A program made the position numbers and the translations under genes. Positions 31,468 to 42,769 of a DNA stretch of 64,000 nucleotides are shown piece after piece. Origin of the DNA: Candidatus Eiseniibacteriota bacterium. Its GTDB lineage: Bacteria; Eisenbacteria; RBG-16-71-46; JABDJR01. The notes beneath the pieces are model-generated. The model was not told where the DNA came from, did not search any database, and saw nothing but the letters and a program-made list of their open reading frames with translations. The stretch lies in assembly GCA_963762255.1 (NCBI GenBank), contig CAVXKA010000003.1, forward strand, positions 768,001-832,000, given 5' to 3'. The number at the start of each line of letters is the position of its first letter. The first letter of the stretch is position 1.

Positions 31468-32835
31468 ATGACCCTCAGAAATACGATGCTCCTCCCCGTG
31501 ATGGCCGCTCTGGCGGTCCTCTGGACCGTCGGCTGTGAGCGGGACACCTCCGGTCTCAAGCCGGTTCCGGCGGACGACGACCCGGTGGTGTTCTCGGACA
31601 CCTTCGGCAAGGGGGTGGACTTCCAGGCCTTCCTGGGCTCCAAGGTGGATGCCGTCGCCATCGACCAGGCCGAGAAGTACCAGGGTTCGGCTGCCCTGAA
31701 GATCACCGTGCCTCCTCCCGGCGATGCCTCGGGCGGATACGCGGGAGGCGCATTCACCACCCGATACGCGCGCGATCTGTCCGGCTACAACGCTTTGACC
31801 TTCTGGGCCAAGGCGAGCAAGGCGGTGACGCTGGACGTCGCCGGTTTCGGTAACGACAACACCGGCACGTCCAAGTTCGAGGCGAGCCGGAGCGGGATCC
31901 TCCTCTCCACCGCATGGTCGAGGGTCGTGATCCCCATTCCCCTTCCCGCCAGACTCGACTATGAACGCGGACTGTTCTACTTCGCGGAGGGGCCTGAGGG
32001 GGGCGCGGGTTCCACCGTCTGGATCGACGAGGTGCGGTTCGAGACGGTGACCGCGATCTCCAATCCGCGACCGGCGATCACCCCCAGGGTCGTGAGCGCG
32101 TTCGTCGGAGCGACGGTGCCCGTGACCGGCACCCGGACCACCTTCAACGTCGACGGGACGGATCGCACCCTCGATCACTCTCCCGGCTACTTCACGTTCA
32201 CATCTTCGAACGAGACCGTGGCCGTCGTCACCGACGACGGGATCCTGGCCATAGGGACTGGGACGGCGAACATCGCCGGGCGGCTGGGAACCGTGGAGGC
32301 GACGGGGGCACTGACGCTGAACGTCACCGGCGCACCCACCGTGGCCGCGCCCTCGCCGACCCTCCCCGCCGCCGACGTCATCTCCCTCTTCAGCAATGCG
32401 TACACCAATGTACCGGTGGACACCTGGTCGGCTTCGTGGGACATTGCCGACGTCAGCGATTTCAAGATCGCGGGAAACGATGCGAAGGCATACACGAACC
32501 TGACCTATGCGGGTATCGAGTTCACAACCAGCACGATCAATGCTTCGGCGATGACGCACATCCATCTGGATGTCTGGATGCCTCAGGGGGTGTACTTCCG
32601 GGTCAAGCTGGTTGACTTCGGTGCGGATGGAGTTTATGGCGGCGGAGACGATCAGCAGCAAGAGCTCACCTTCAACGTCAGCTCCACCCCCCCGCTTACC
32701 ATCGGCGCGTGGAGTGGTCTCGACATACCCTTGTCGAACTTCACCGCGCTCCCGAGTCGGGCGCATCTCGCTCAACTCATCCTCTCCAGCGACTCGAAGA
32801 TCGTCTACCTGGACAACGTGTACTTCCACCGCTGA
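31468..32835 (+). CDS. Lipoprotein with carbohydrate-binding-like and Ig-like domains (putative surface glycan-binding protein)
   Basis: Lipobox TVGC; DLSGYNALTFWAK CBM-like domain, FTSSNETVA Ig-like domain, VISLFSNAYT..YLDNVYF domain. Confidence 0.7.
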   Translation: MTLRNTMLLPVMAALAVLWTVGCERDTSGLKPVPADDDPVVFSDTFGKGVDFQAFLGSKVDAVAIDQAEKYQGSAALKITVPPPGDASGGYAGGAFTTRYARDLSGYNALTFWAKASKAVTLDVAGFGNDNTGTSKFEASRSGILLSTAWSRVVIPIPLPARLDYERGLFYFAEGPEGGAGSTVWIDEVRFETVTAISNPRPAITPRVVSAFVGATVPVTGTRTTFNVDGTDRTLDHSPGYFTFTSSNETVAVVTDDGILAIGTGTANIAGRLGTVEATGALTLNVTGAPTVAAPSPTLPAADVISLFSNAYTNVPVDTWSASWDIADVSDFKIAGNDAKAYTNLTYAGIEFTTSTINASAMTHIHLDVWMPQGVYFRVKLVDFGADGVYGGGDDQQQELTFNVSSTPPLTIGAWSGLDIPLSNFTALPSRAHLAQLILSSDSKIVYLDNVYFHR

Positions 32836-32864
32836 GTCGTTCGTGAGGCGGAGAGTCGAGCGGT

Positions 32865-34118
32865 ATGAAGAGAGATGAGAAGGGGAACGGCGCCAAACGG
32901 GCGGGCAACGGCGTACCGCTGCGCCCGCTTGCCGACTCCATCCTCAGGCTGATCTGGAACGAGCGGCGCATCTCGCGGGCCGAAATCGCGCGACGCACGC
33001 GGTTGTCCCGATCCACCGTTTCGGAGATTGTCGGCACCCTCCTCGCGACGGGATTGGTGGAGGAGACCGGTATCGGCCCCTCGGGGGGCGGCCGCCCTCC
33101 GATCGTCCTTGAGTTCAAGGACGACGCTTGCGCGATCCTCGGCGTGGAAATGGGGGCGGCTCACGTGACGGTCGTGTTGACCGACCTTCGCGGCCACGTG
33201 CTCAAATGGCGGCAACGAAATCACGCGGTTCGAACGGATCCGGACGGCACGCGGAAGCTCATCGTGGATCTCTGCGAAGCCTGCCTGGCGGCGTGGCCGG
33301 CGGGCGCGGAAACGCTTCTCGGGATCGGGCTCGCGGTCCCCTCCCCGGTCGATCCCGGCCACCCCGACCACCTTTCCGAAGTGGTGCTCCCCGACTGGCA
33401 CGGACGCAGCGGCTTCACCGAGCTTCTGGCACGCTACAAGGTGCCCATCCTCATGGACAACGACGCCAACCTCGGCGCGCTCGCCGAGGGCTGGTGGGGA
33501 GCGGGCCGAGGCGTCGACGACTTCGCCTATATCAAAGTCGCGACCGGCATCGGCTCGGGCCATGTCATCGGCGGCAAGATCTATCGAGGCGCCACCGGCG
33601 TGGCCGGGGAAATCGGTCACATGGCTATCGATCCCCGCGGCGGTCCCTGCATCTGCGGACTCCGCGGGTGCCTCGCCACTCTGGTCGGGTCCCAAGCCCT
33701 GGTCGAGCGGGCCTACGCCATGCTCTCCAAGTATCCGGAGAGCTCCTTCAAGGGTCAGACGATTACGATCGGCGCCATCGAAGACGCGGCCCTGGCCGGC
33801 GATCCGCTCGCCCTCGAGTTGTTGCAGGAAGCGGCGGAAAATCTCGGCATCGCAGTGGCCGGATTGCTCAACCTCATGAATCCCTCCATGGTGATCGTCG
33901 GAGGGGAATTGGCCCGGGTCGGAGAGCTGCTCCTCGAACCGCTTCGCGAGACGGTACGCCGGCGCACCCTGGTCAGCGCGCTCGCCGCCTCCGAGGTGAG
34001 AACCAGCGAACTCGGTCCACGGGCGATTGCCGTGGGGGCGGCCACCCTGGTCCTCGAGGCCGCGCTCGCCGATTCACGATTCTTTCCGGCGGTGGCCGGT
34101 CGCAGGGAGGCAGGATGA
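32865..34118 (+). CDS. ROK-family transcriptional repressor
   Basis: ISRAEIAR..LSRSTVS HTH, NDAN, GEIGH, CICG.RGCL. Confidence 0.93.
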   Translation: MKRDEKGNGAKRAGNGVPLRPLADSILRLIWNERRISRAEIARRTRLSRSTVSEIVGTLLATGLVEETGIGPSGGGRPPIVLEFKDDACAILGVEMGAAHVTVVLTDLRGHVLKWRQRNHAVRTDPDGTRKLIVDLCEACLAAWPAGAETLLGIGLAVPSPVDPGHPDHLSEVVLPDWHGRSGFTELLARYKVPILMDNDANLGALAEGWWGAGRGVDDFAYIKVATGIGSGHVIGGKIYRGATGVAGEIGHMAIDPRGGPCICGLRGCLATLVGSQALVERAYAMLSKYPESSFKGQTITIGAIEDAALAGDPLALELLQEAAENLGIAVAGLLNLMNPSMVIVGGELARVGELLLEPLRETVRRRTLVSALAASEVRTSELGPRAIAVGAATLVLEAALADSRFFPAVAGRREAG

Positions 34119-34954
34119 TCCACGGCAGGGGCTCACGGAACCGGAAGTTGGAAATCGCGGCGGTCGTGACCGCGCTTGTGGCATGGGGCGGCAGTTGCGG
34201 CGACAGCTCACCGACGTGGGATCTGGTCTGGGAGGACGAGTTCGAAGGCCCGGCGGGGCAGCTCCCCGACTCGACGAACTGGCGGTTCGACGTCGGTGTG
34301 GATTGGGGGAACGCGCAACTCGAGTACGACACCGACCGTGCGGAGAACGTCTCCCTCGACGGCGCCGGCCACCTTGCCATCACCGCCCGCAAGGAGAACT
34401 ACCAGGGAGAACACGGGGAACGCGAGTACACCTCGGGTCGCATCAACACCTCCGGACTCTTCGAGCAAGCTCGGGGACGATTCGAAGCCCGGATCAAGCT
34501 GCCTGTCGGTCAGGGCATGTGGCCCGCCTTCTGGCTCCTCGGCAACGATATCTCCACCGCCTACTGGCCGGCGTGCGGCGAGATCGACATCATGGAGTAC
34601 CGCGGCCAGGCGCCCAGCATCGTCTACGGTAGCCTCCACGGCCCCGGGTACTCAGGCGGAGGCGCGCTGACATCCGCCTTCACGCTGTCCGGCCGGAGAT
34701 TCGACGCCGACTTCCACGTCTTCACGGTCGACTGGGAACGGGATCGCCTCACGTGGTACGTGGACGACAAGCTCTACAAGGTCGTCACTCCGGACGATCT
34801 CCCCGCAGGGACGCGCTGGGTGTTCGATCACCCCTTCTTTGTCATTCTGGATCTGGCCGTCGGCGGGAATTTCGTGGGACCGCCCAATGCCACGACCACG
34901 TTCCCGCAGACGATGCTCGTCGACTGGGTCCGGGTCTACCGGAGTACGTCGTGA
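34115..34954 (+). CDS. GH16 endo-beta-1,3-glucanase (laminarinase-like), probable lipoprotein
   Basis: WEDEF, WGNAQLE, YTSGRI, WPAFWLL, EIDIME catalytic motif. Confidence 0.92.
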   Translation: MIHGRGSRNRKLEIAAVVTALVAWGGSCGDSSPTWDLVWEDEFEGPAGQLPDSTNWRFDVGVDWGNAQLEYDTDRAENVSLDGAGHLAITARKENYQGEHGEREYTSGRINTSGLFEQARGRFEARIKLPVGQGMWPAFWLLGNDISTAYWPACGEIDIMEYRGQAPSIVYGSLHGPGYSGGGALTSAFTLSGRRFDADFHVFTVDWERDRLTWYVDDKLYKVVTPDDLPAGTRWVFDHPFFVILDLAVGGNFVGPPNATTTFPQTMLVDWVRVYRSTS

Positions 34955-36624
34955 AGCCTCGCGCGAGCCTTCACAGGATCGCGCATCTCGCTGCCCTGAC
35001 GTCGACCCTGGCCTTCGCCGCGTGCGCGCGGGACGCGGCGCGGGCCCCTGACGGAGTACTCGTGGTTTCCCAGGAGCAGCAGGCATCCTGGGTCCGCAAC
35101 TTCAACCCCCTCACCACCGCCACCGCCGCCCGCTGGCCGACCCTCGCCGGCATCTACGAGCCCCTCTTCGTGTTCAACAGCGTTCATGCGGAAATGGTGC
35201 CCTGGCTGGCCGTGGACCGGGAGTGGAGGGAAGGGAACACCGTGCTCCGCCTGAGCACGCGCGAGGGGGTGCTGTGGTCGGACGGGGAGCCCTTCACCGC
35301 ACGCGACGTGGCGTTCACCTTCGATCTCCTCCGCCGCTATCGGGCGCTGGATCGCAGAGGAGTATGGGGATTCCTCGAGGAGGTGCGGGCGATCGACGAT
35401 CGCACCGTCGACTTCCGCTTTCAGCGGGTGTTCATCCCCGGCTTCGACGAGGTGGCGGCGCAGCAGATTGTCCCGGAGCATGTCTGGAAAGACATCGCCG
35501 ACCCGGTCACGTTCGCCAACGAGAACCCGGTGGCCACCGGGCCGTTCACCGAGGTGCGGGTCTTCAGGAACCAGGTCTACGAACTGGGGCGCAATCCGAA
35601 CTACTGGCAGAAGGGGCTTCCGCGCGTGGACGCGATCCGCTGCCCCGCCTACCCGGGCAATGACCGGGCCAACCTCGCTCTCGTCTTCGACGAGGTGGAC
35701 TGGGCGGGGAACTTCATCCCCGCGGTCGACAGGGTCTACGTCGGGCGCAACCCGGAGACCCATCACTACTGGTTTCCCCTCACCGGGAGCAGCATCTTTC
35801 TCTACACGAACACGCTGCGCGCACCTTTCGATGACGTCCGGGTGCGCAAGGCTCTCAGCATGGCCATCGACCGCGACTTGCTGGTGGATGTCGCTCTCTA
35901 CCGCTACTCCCGTCCCGCCGACGCCACCGGTCTCAGCGACGCCTACGTCGCCTGGCGGGATTCCGCAGCGGTCTCGGCGGGCGAGTGGGTGCGCCACGAT
36001 ATCGCCCGCGCCAATCGACTCCTGGACGAGGCGGGCTATCGTCGCGGCGACGACGGTTTCCGCACGCGGGCAGACGGATCGCCGTGGCGCTACGAGATCC
36101 TGACCGTTTCCGGGTGGTCGGACTGGGTGCGGGCCTCCCAGGTCATCGCCCGCGGCTTGCAGGATCTCGGCATCGACGCCTCCGTCCGAACCTACGATTT
36201 CAGTGCCTGGTTTCAGCGGGTCCAGGAAGGGGATTTCGACTTGAGTCTGGGATGGTCCTTCGAGGGCCCGACGCCCTACCTGTTCTACCGGTGGCTCATG
36301 TCCTCGGCCACGGTGAATCCGATAGGCGAAGCCTCGATGGGCAACTGGCACCGGTACAAGAGCGCGGCGGCGGACAGTGCGCTGACCGCCTTCGAACGCG
36401 AGCCCGATTCGACCGCCCAGCACCGCCTGGCGGACAAGCTTCAGCGGATCTTCGTCGCCGAAGCCCCCGCGATCCCGCTCTATCCCAACCCGTCATGGGC
36501 CGAGTACAACACCGGCCGGTTCGAGGGCTTCCCCTCGGAGGGCGATCCCTATGCGGATCCCTCTCCGAACAAGTTCGACCGGGGCGAGTGTCTGCTCGTC
36601 CTGACTGCCGTGACCCCGCGATAG
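34951..36624 (+). CDS. ABC transporter substrate-binding lipoprotein (family 5, oligosaccharide-type)
   Basis: RNFNP, IYEPLF, WSDGEPFTARDV, TGPF, GWSDW. Confidence 0.9.
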   Translation: MKPRASLHRIAHLAALTSTLAFAACARDAARAPDGVLVVSQEQQASWVRNFNPLTTATAARWPTLAGIYEPLFVFNSVHAEMVPWLAVDREWREGNTVLRLSTREGVLWSDGEPFTARDVAFTFDLLRRYRALDRRGVWGFLEEVRAIDDRTVDFRFQRVFIPGFDEVAAQQIVPEHVWKDIADPVTFANENPVATGPFTEVRVFRNQVYELGRNPNYWQKGLPRVDAIRCPAYPGNDRANLALVFDEVDWAGNFIPAVDRVYVGRNPETHHYWFPLTGSSIFLYTNTLRAPFDDVRVRKALSMAIDRDLLVDVALYRYSRPADATGLSDAYVAWRDSAAVSAGEWVRHDIARANRLLDEAGYRRGDDGFRTRADGSPWRYEILTVSGWSDWVRASQVIARGLQDLGIDASVRTYDFSAWFQRVQEGDFDLSLGWSFEGPTPYLFYRWLMSSATVNPIGEASMGNWHRYKSAAADSALTAFEREPDSTAQHRLADKLQRIFVAEAPAIPLYPNPSWAEYNTGRFEGFPSEGDPYADPSPNKFDRGECLLVLTAVTPR

Positions 36625-36633
36625 GAAACGCGC

Positions 36634-37617
36634 ATGCGCTACCTTCTGCGTCGACTCGGTTTCTATCTGATCGCAGCGTGGACGGCGCTCACGCTCAACT
36701 TCTTCCTGCCCCGGCTGATGCCGGGCGATCCTGCCACCGCGCTCTTCGCCCGTTTCCGCGGCCGCCTGAGCCCGGAAGCGATGGACGCGCTGCGTGAAAC
36801 CTTCGGTCTCACCGACGCGTCCATCTTTCGCCAGTACCTCACCTACCTGGCGCACGTGTTCCGCGGCGATCTCGGGATCTCGGTCGCTTACTTCCCCTCG
36901 CCGGTGGCCGACGTCATCGGAACCGGCCTTCTGTGGACCGTCTTTCTGGCCGGCACCGCACTGGTGGTGAGCTTCGCGATCGGCACGCTTCTCGGCATCG
37001 CCTCCGCCTGGTGGCGGCACGGCTGGATCGACACATGGCTTCCCTCCACGTTTGCATTCCTCGGCGCCTTCCCCTACTTCTGGCTGGCCATGGTGGCGCT
37101 CTACGTACTGGGCTTTACCCTCGGGTGGTTCCCGTTGGGACATGCCTATGCCGACGATCTGGCCCCCTCCTTCTCCGGCGCCTTCATCGTCGACGTCCTC
37201 CGCCATGCCGCCTTGCCGGTAGGAACGGTGGTGCTGGCTACGCTCGGCGGCTGGCTTCTCTCCATGCGCAACACGATGGTCGCCATCCTCGGGTCGGACT
37301 ACGTGAACCTCGCCCGCGCCAAGGGGCTCAGTCCGGCGCGGGTCGCCCTGCGCTACGCCGCCCGCAACGCGCTCCTCCCCAGCGTCACCGGCTTCGGGAT
37401 GGCGCTCGGTTTTGTCCTGGGTGGATCGCTCCTGACCGAGATCGTCTTCTCCTATCCCGGCCAGGGATACCTCCTGGTTCAGGCGGTGCGAAACCAGGAC
37501 TATCCGCTCATGCAGGGTATCTTCCTCGTCATCACTCTCGCGGTCCTCGGCGCAAACTGGCTGGTGGATGTCGTCTACATCTGGCTCGATCCCCGCACAC
37601 GGGAGTCCGCGTCATGA
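36634..37617 (+). CDS. ABC transporter permease (OppB-like)
   Basis: LPRLMPGDP, DYV..ARAKGL, EIVFSYPG. Confidence 0.93.
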   Translation: MRYLLRRLGFYLIAAWTALTLNFFLPRLMPGDPATALFARFRGRLSPEAMDALRETFGLTDASIFRQYLTYLAHVFRGDLGISVAYFPSPVADVIGTGLLWTVFLAGTALVVSFAIGTLLGIASAWWRHGWIDTWLPSTFAFLGAFPYFWLAMVALYVLGFTLGWFPLGHAYADDLAPSFSGAFIVDVLRHAALPVGTVVLATLGGWLLSMRNTMVAILGSDYVNLARAKGLSPARVALRYAARNALLPSVTGFGMALGFVLGGSLLTEIVFSYPGQGYLLVQAVRNQDYPLMQGIFLVITLAVLGANWLVDVVYIWLDPRTRESAS

Positions 37618-38552
37618 GCCGGAACGCATCGTCCCGGACGACCGGCATCGCGGTCTGGTGGGAGGCCATTCGCCGGGACCGCAAGGCAACCATCGGCGCC
37701 TCGATCCTGGCGGTCTTCCTGCTGATCGCCGTTGCCGGACCGTGGATGGTCGGCAAACCCGACGCGCTGGTGGGCGTCCCCCTTCAGCCTCCGTCCGCGC
37801 ACCATCTGCTTGGAACCACGGGACAAGGCCAGGACGTGCTCGCGCAACTCGTGGTGGGCACGCGAACGTCCCTTGCCATCGGCTTTCTCGTCGGGCTTAC
37901 CGTGGTGCTGGTAGGCGCTCTGGTGGGTGTGAGCGCTGGGTACTTCGGCGGTCGGGTGGATGCCGTCCTCTCGCTGTTCTTCAACGTCTTCCTGGTCATA
38001 CCCGGTCTTCCCCTGGCCATCGTGATCGCGGCGTATCTTCCTTCCGGGCCTCTCACCTTGGGGCTCGTGCTGGTGGTTACCGGTTGGGCCTGGAATGCGC
38101 GGGTGATTCGCGCGCAGACGCTGGCCCAGCGGCGCCGGGACTTCGTGGCGGCGGCGGTGGTGGCCGGAGAATCGAATTTCAACATCATCGCGCGGGAAAT
38201 TCTCCCAACCATGACATCCCTCCTGGTGGCCCAGGTCATCGGCAGCACGGTCTACGCGATCGGCGCGCAGGTGGGGCTCGAGTTTCTGGGGCTGGGGGAC
38301 GTCTCGGGAATCACCTGGGGCACCAATCTCTACTGGGCCCAGAACGACTCCGCGCTGCTCACCGGGGCGTGGTGGACCTTCGCCCCCACCGGTCTCTGTG
38401 TGGCGCTGGTGGGGTTCGGCCTCACCATGCTCAATTCCGGCTTCGACGAGATTACCAACCCGCGCCTGCAGCTCGAGCGAGCCTGGCGCGCTCACCTGGC
38501 GCGAAGAGGCCGCAAGCCCACGGCGTCGACCCCGGTGGTCCATCATGGCTGA
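37614..38552 (+). CDS. ABC transporter permease (OppC-like)
   Basis: HLLGTT.QGQD, ARVIRAQ, LEFLGLG, WW..P. Confidence 0.92.
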   Translation: MSRNASSRTTGIAVWWEAIRRDRKATIGASILAVFLLIAVAGPWMVGKPDALVGVPLQPPSAHHLLGTTGQGQDVLAQLVVGTRTSLAIGFLVGLTVVLVGALVGVSAGYFGGRVDAVLSLFFNVFLVIPGLPLAIVIAAYLPSGPLTLGLVLVVTGWAWNARVIRAQTLAQRRRDFVAAAVVAGESNFNIIAREILPTMTSLLVAQVIGSTVYAIGAQVGLEFLGLGDVSGITWGTNLYWAQNDSALLTGAWWTFAPTGLCVALVGFGLTMLNSGFDEITNPRLQLERAWRAHLARRGRKPTASTPVVHHG

Positions 38553-39505
38553 TCCCATCCTCTCCATTCGCGGTCTCAGCGTCGACTACATCACCGATGC
38601 CGGCGCGGTGCGCGCGGTGGACGGAGTGTCCCTGGACGTGGAGCGAGGAGAGATCGTCGGGATCGCCGGCGAATCGGGAAGCGGAAAGTCGACCCTGGCC
38701 CAGGCCCTGCTACGCATCCTCCCGCCGCCGGCGGTGATCTCGGCCGGCGAGGTGCTCTTCGACGGGCGCGATCTACTCACGCTCGGCGAGTCGGAGCTGC
38801 GCGCCCTGCGGTGGCAGCGCATCTCGATGGTCTTCCAGAGCGCCATGGACTCCCTGAACCCGGTGATCACGATCGGCGAGCAGATAGTCGACACCCTCGT
38901 CGCGCACGAGGCCGCCACGGGAGGGAAGGCGCGGGATCGCTCCGGGGATCTTCTGGAGATGGTGGGCATCCCCCGCGATCGCATCGACTCGTACGCGCAC
39001 GAGCTTTCGGGCGGAATGCGACAGCGCGTGGGCATCGCTCTGGCGCTGGCCCTCGAGCCCGCCCTGGTCATCCTCGACGAGCCGACGACCGCCCTCGACG
39101 TGATCGTGGAGCGGGAGATCCTGCAGCAGATCCGGATGCTGCAGCGTCGGCAGGGATTCGCAGTGCTCTTCATCACCCACGACCTGGCCCGCATGCTGCA
39201 GTTCTCGGATCGGGTGGCGATCTTCTACGCCGCCCGTCTGGTCGAGGTGGCCCCGACGACTGAATTGAGCCGCAACCCGCGGCACCCCTACACGCAAGGC
39301 GCTCTTGCGCGCCTTCCCATCCGTGCGGGGCGACTTCGAGCAGTTGGCGAGCATTCCCGGCTCGCCGCCCAGCCTCATGGACCCTCCGACGGGCTGCCGC
39401 TTCCACCCCCGGTGCCCCCGCGCGGTGGAAGTCTGTCGGCAGCGCGAACCGAGTCTGGTGCGTCTGGCCGCGAACCACTCCGCCGCCTGTCATCTCGCCG
39501 AGTAG
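38545..39505 (+). CDS. ABC transporter ATPase (OppD-like), frameshift near 39300
   Basis: GESGSGKS, LSGGMRQR, DEPTTALD; C-terminal GCRFHPRC..ACH continues in another frame. Confidence 0.9.
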
Positions 39506-39560
39506 CCCCGTTGTTCGGGGCGACCCGGCGAGCGGAGTCGGGCCTTGAGCGACTCGGGCC

Positions 39561-42500
39561 TCACATGGTCACGTGCAGGTACGTCCGGATCTCCCACTCT
39601 CTCCCGTTCGGCCCGGGAGCGTTGGGCTCGCAGACCAGGGTGCCGGTCGCATCGGGAAGCTGCGCGGGGCAGTAACGAGGCGAATAGCGGTCGAGCGAGC
39701 GCCACGTGCCGCGCACACCGAGACGCGTCTGCGGGAATGCCGAACCAGCGCGGCATGCCGAGCGAGTGCGACAGATCGCCCATGAGCTGCACGGGATACG
39801 TCAGGTTGAAGTCACGGTGGTAGTCGTACGGCCCCCAGTCGTTGAACTTCGCCGCCGCGGCAAAGGCGAGGGGTCCCGTGGCGAGACGAGCATCGCCGCC
39901 GTAGTCGATGGATGAGCCGTTCCGTCGTCGCCGTTCGGCTCGCCGGTGCCGCCGTAGAAGTGCGCCAACAGCCGGCGGTCGGCGGCCAGGCGCGAGACGA
40001 CGCGCACGTTGCAGCTCCCACAGCTCGCGCGGCGGCGGTGCCCCCGGGAACGCGAACGTGGTCACGGCCGTCGCCGAGAATGCCGATGGCCGCGTCCTGA
40101 GTGGTGCGGAGGTGGCGGTAGACGAACCCCATGGCGGCAGCCAGCCGCGCGTCCTCGCGCACGTCGTTGTCCCAGGCCCACATCCAGGTCGCCGGGGTCG
40201 GGTCGTAGGTCAACATCAACTCCGCGCCCAAGCGTCTCGCGGTTGGCGCGCACCGCGAACGGATCGTTCGAGAATGTTGCGCGGCCGGCCGGGCGACGGG
40301 ACGTCGGCTGGGCATCGGGCCGACGATGGGCTTCTGCCAGAGGACGTTCGGGGCCGATCTGGAAGTTGCCCTGGTTCACCGCCACGCCGCTGATGAGGTT
40401 GGTCTGGTTGCCGGAGCCGGTGTCCTTGAGGTTCCAGCCGGTGTAGGTGAGCGTGGCGGTCGGGCCGCCGTCGGCCACCAGGCCCATGTAGGCGCCCTGC
40501 CCGTACCAGTGCCAGCGCCCGCGCTCCAGTGTCAGCTTCGGCCTTGCCGCCGAAGGTGTCCGCGTCCTTTACGTAGTCCTGCAGCAGCCGGTAGCTGTCG
40601 CCGTCCTTCTCCGCGATCTGGAATCCATCGCCGACCTTGGTGCTTCCTCGCCCAGATGCCGCCCACTTCGCGCGCCGAGCGCTCCGAGGTTCCTGCGCAG
40701 ATCCAGGGTGGCGCGTCTCGTGGGCGGATTCGGTACCGCGAACGAGCTGGTCACGGTGGACTGCGCGGTGAACGTCCTCCTGGTAGATCCCCGTCGCGTC
40801 CACCGACCCGACGCGGCGCGGTACTTGAGCATGACTGCGGGATTGGCGCCCCACCACAGCTGCGGGCCGAAGGCGAGCTTCAGCGCCGTCCAACGCGCGC
40901 TTGCCCGCGATCTCGAAGCCGACCGGCGCCTCGCCGTCGTAGATGTCGATGTTCTCGCCGTAGAACGCCTCGCGGTAGAGGCCGAAGAAGTCGCCCTCGT
41001 AGCCCCAGTGGGAGTGGCCGGTGCGGTAGAAGCCGTCCAGCCGGAACCAGCGGTCGTCCCAGGAGACGGCCGCCTGGTAGACCTTCACGCGCTCGATGCC
41101 CCTGAGCTCGTAGTCCCGCGTCCTGCGTCGGCACCGTCTGGGAGCGGCCGCGGTTCTCGTAGAAGATCTCGTCGATGGGGTTGTGGGCACGTTGCCCAGG
41201 ACGTTGAGCGACAGCGTCGCCGGTCACCGTCTCCGCCGGCTTCGCCTCGAAGTCGGCGTAGAACGACTCCATGCGGTCGAAGCCGCGGAACGCGGGGTAG
41301 CCCGGTCTCCGGACGCCGCTGATTCGGCGTGCTGACGATGGCTGCCGCCGGTGCTGTACGTCTCGAACTGCAAGCCGCAGCCCGGTCAGCCGCACGCGCT
41401 CGGAGATCTTCGACGACGAGCGCCGCACGGTCGCCGCGGGCCTCCACGCGCCGTCGCCGCGGGCTCGATGCCGGCGAAGTGTGCGCGGATGGTCGTCGAG
41501 ATCGGTGCCCGGCGCATAGGGATCGAGCGCGAAGGCCCGCCGCAGCGCGTAGTAGGCGGCGCGCGGGTAGAGCTCGAAGAGCCCGCGGCCGTCGGGGGGG
41601 CCCTTGGCGCAGATGCCCCACCACTCCTCGTTCATGTTGTTCTCGCCCTGCGACGAAGTCCTCCGCGTAGCCGCCGTTGGGCCACGAGGCGTTGGTGTCG
41701 TGGACGTCGAGGCGGCTCTCCTGGCCGTACTTCCACCAGCCGTCGCTCCACTGGAAGACGAAGCCGCCGATGGCGTTGCCCACCCGCCCCTTGCCGGCCG
41801 ACTGCTCGTAGATCTCCTCGCCACTGGCCCAGCAGGTAGCGCGCCTGCATCGCCTGGTCCTCGCGCATCTCCTTCGCGTTGAAGGCGTCGGAGCCGAACT
41901 CGGTGAACATCACCGGAATGCCCGAGCTTGTCCTTGACGACCTGGAAGAGGTCGCGCGGCGGAGATGCCGCGGTAGACGTTGGTGCCGAACACGTCGAGT
42001 CCACGGCACTCCTGGGCGATGACGTCGATGTACTGCACGTCGCCGTTGGCGATGGCCACCGGACGATCGGTGTCACGGGCCTTGACGCGCGGCGATGATC
42101 TCGCCGAAGAGCGAGTAGAGCTGGTGGGCGCGGGCTGCGTCGCGCTCGCCCTGCGGCAGCGCCTCGATCTCGAACGAGCGTCCACGAGAGGCCGTAGTTG
42201 TTCTCGTTGCCGAGCAGCCACATCAGCACGCCCGGGACGTCCCTGGAACTCCTCGACGAGCGCGGACGACTTCGGCCTTGAGGGCGGCGCGCAGGCGCGG
42301 ATCGGAGTAGTCGACGTTGGGGATCCAGACGCCGTCGAGGGTGAAGCCGTAGCGGCCCACGGGTGGTTGATGACGGTGTAGATGCCGTAGCGCTCGTAGA
42401 TGTACTGGACCCAGCGCGGCGGAATGCCGACGTACTGCGCGGATGGCGTTCACGCCCATGTTCTTCAGCAGCGGCATCTCGCGGGCCAGCGCGGCCTCGA

Positions 42501-42769
42501 TCACGTCGTCCGGCTGCGTGCCAGAGGCTGTAGATGTAGTTCTGCGCCGATGGGGACGTAGTCCCAGTTCATCCCGAAGACCATGAAGTCCCGACCGCCC
42601 ACCTGGAGCCGCGTCCCCGCCGCATCGGTGACCACGCGCACCTGGGCGGGATCGCCGGGGTCGCATTCTGCGCCCGGGCCGTGGTCGCCGCGAGCATGAC
42701 CAGCGCGGCCATCAGGGGGATCGCGAACCGATGACCGCGTTGCCAATGGACGTTTCGGATCACGCTCAC
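39561..42769 (-). CDS. Large exported clan GH-A (GH2-like TIM barrel) glycosidase with C-terminal putative beta-barrel; many frameshifts
   Basis: Stitched across frames: signal peptide, GMNWDY, LGNENNY (acid/base), FTEFG (nucleophile), QWSDGWWK, then an aromatic-rich strand region ending [12 protein letters not shown]. Confidence 0.75.
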
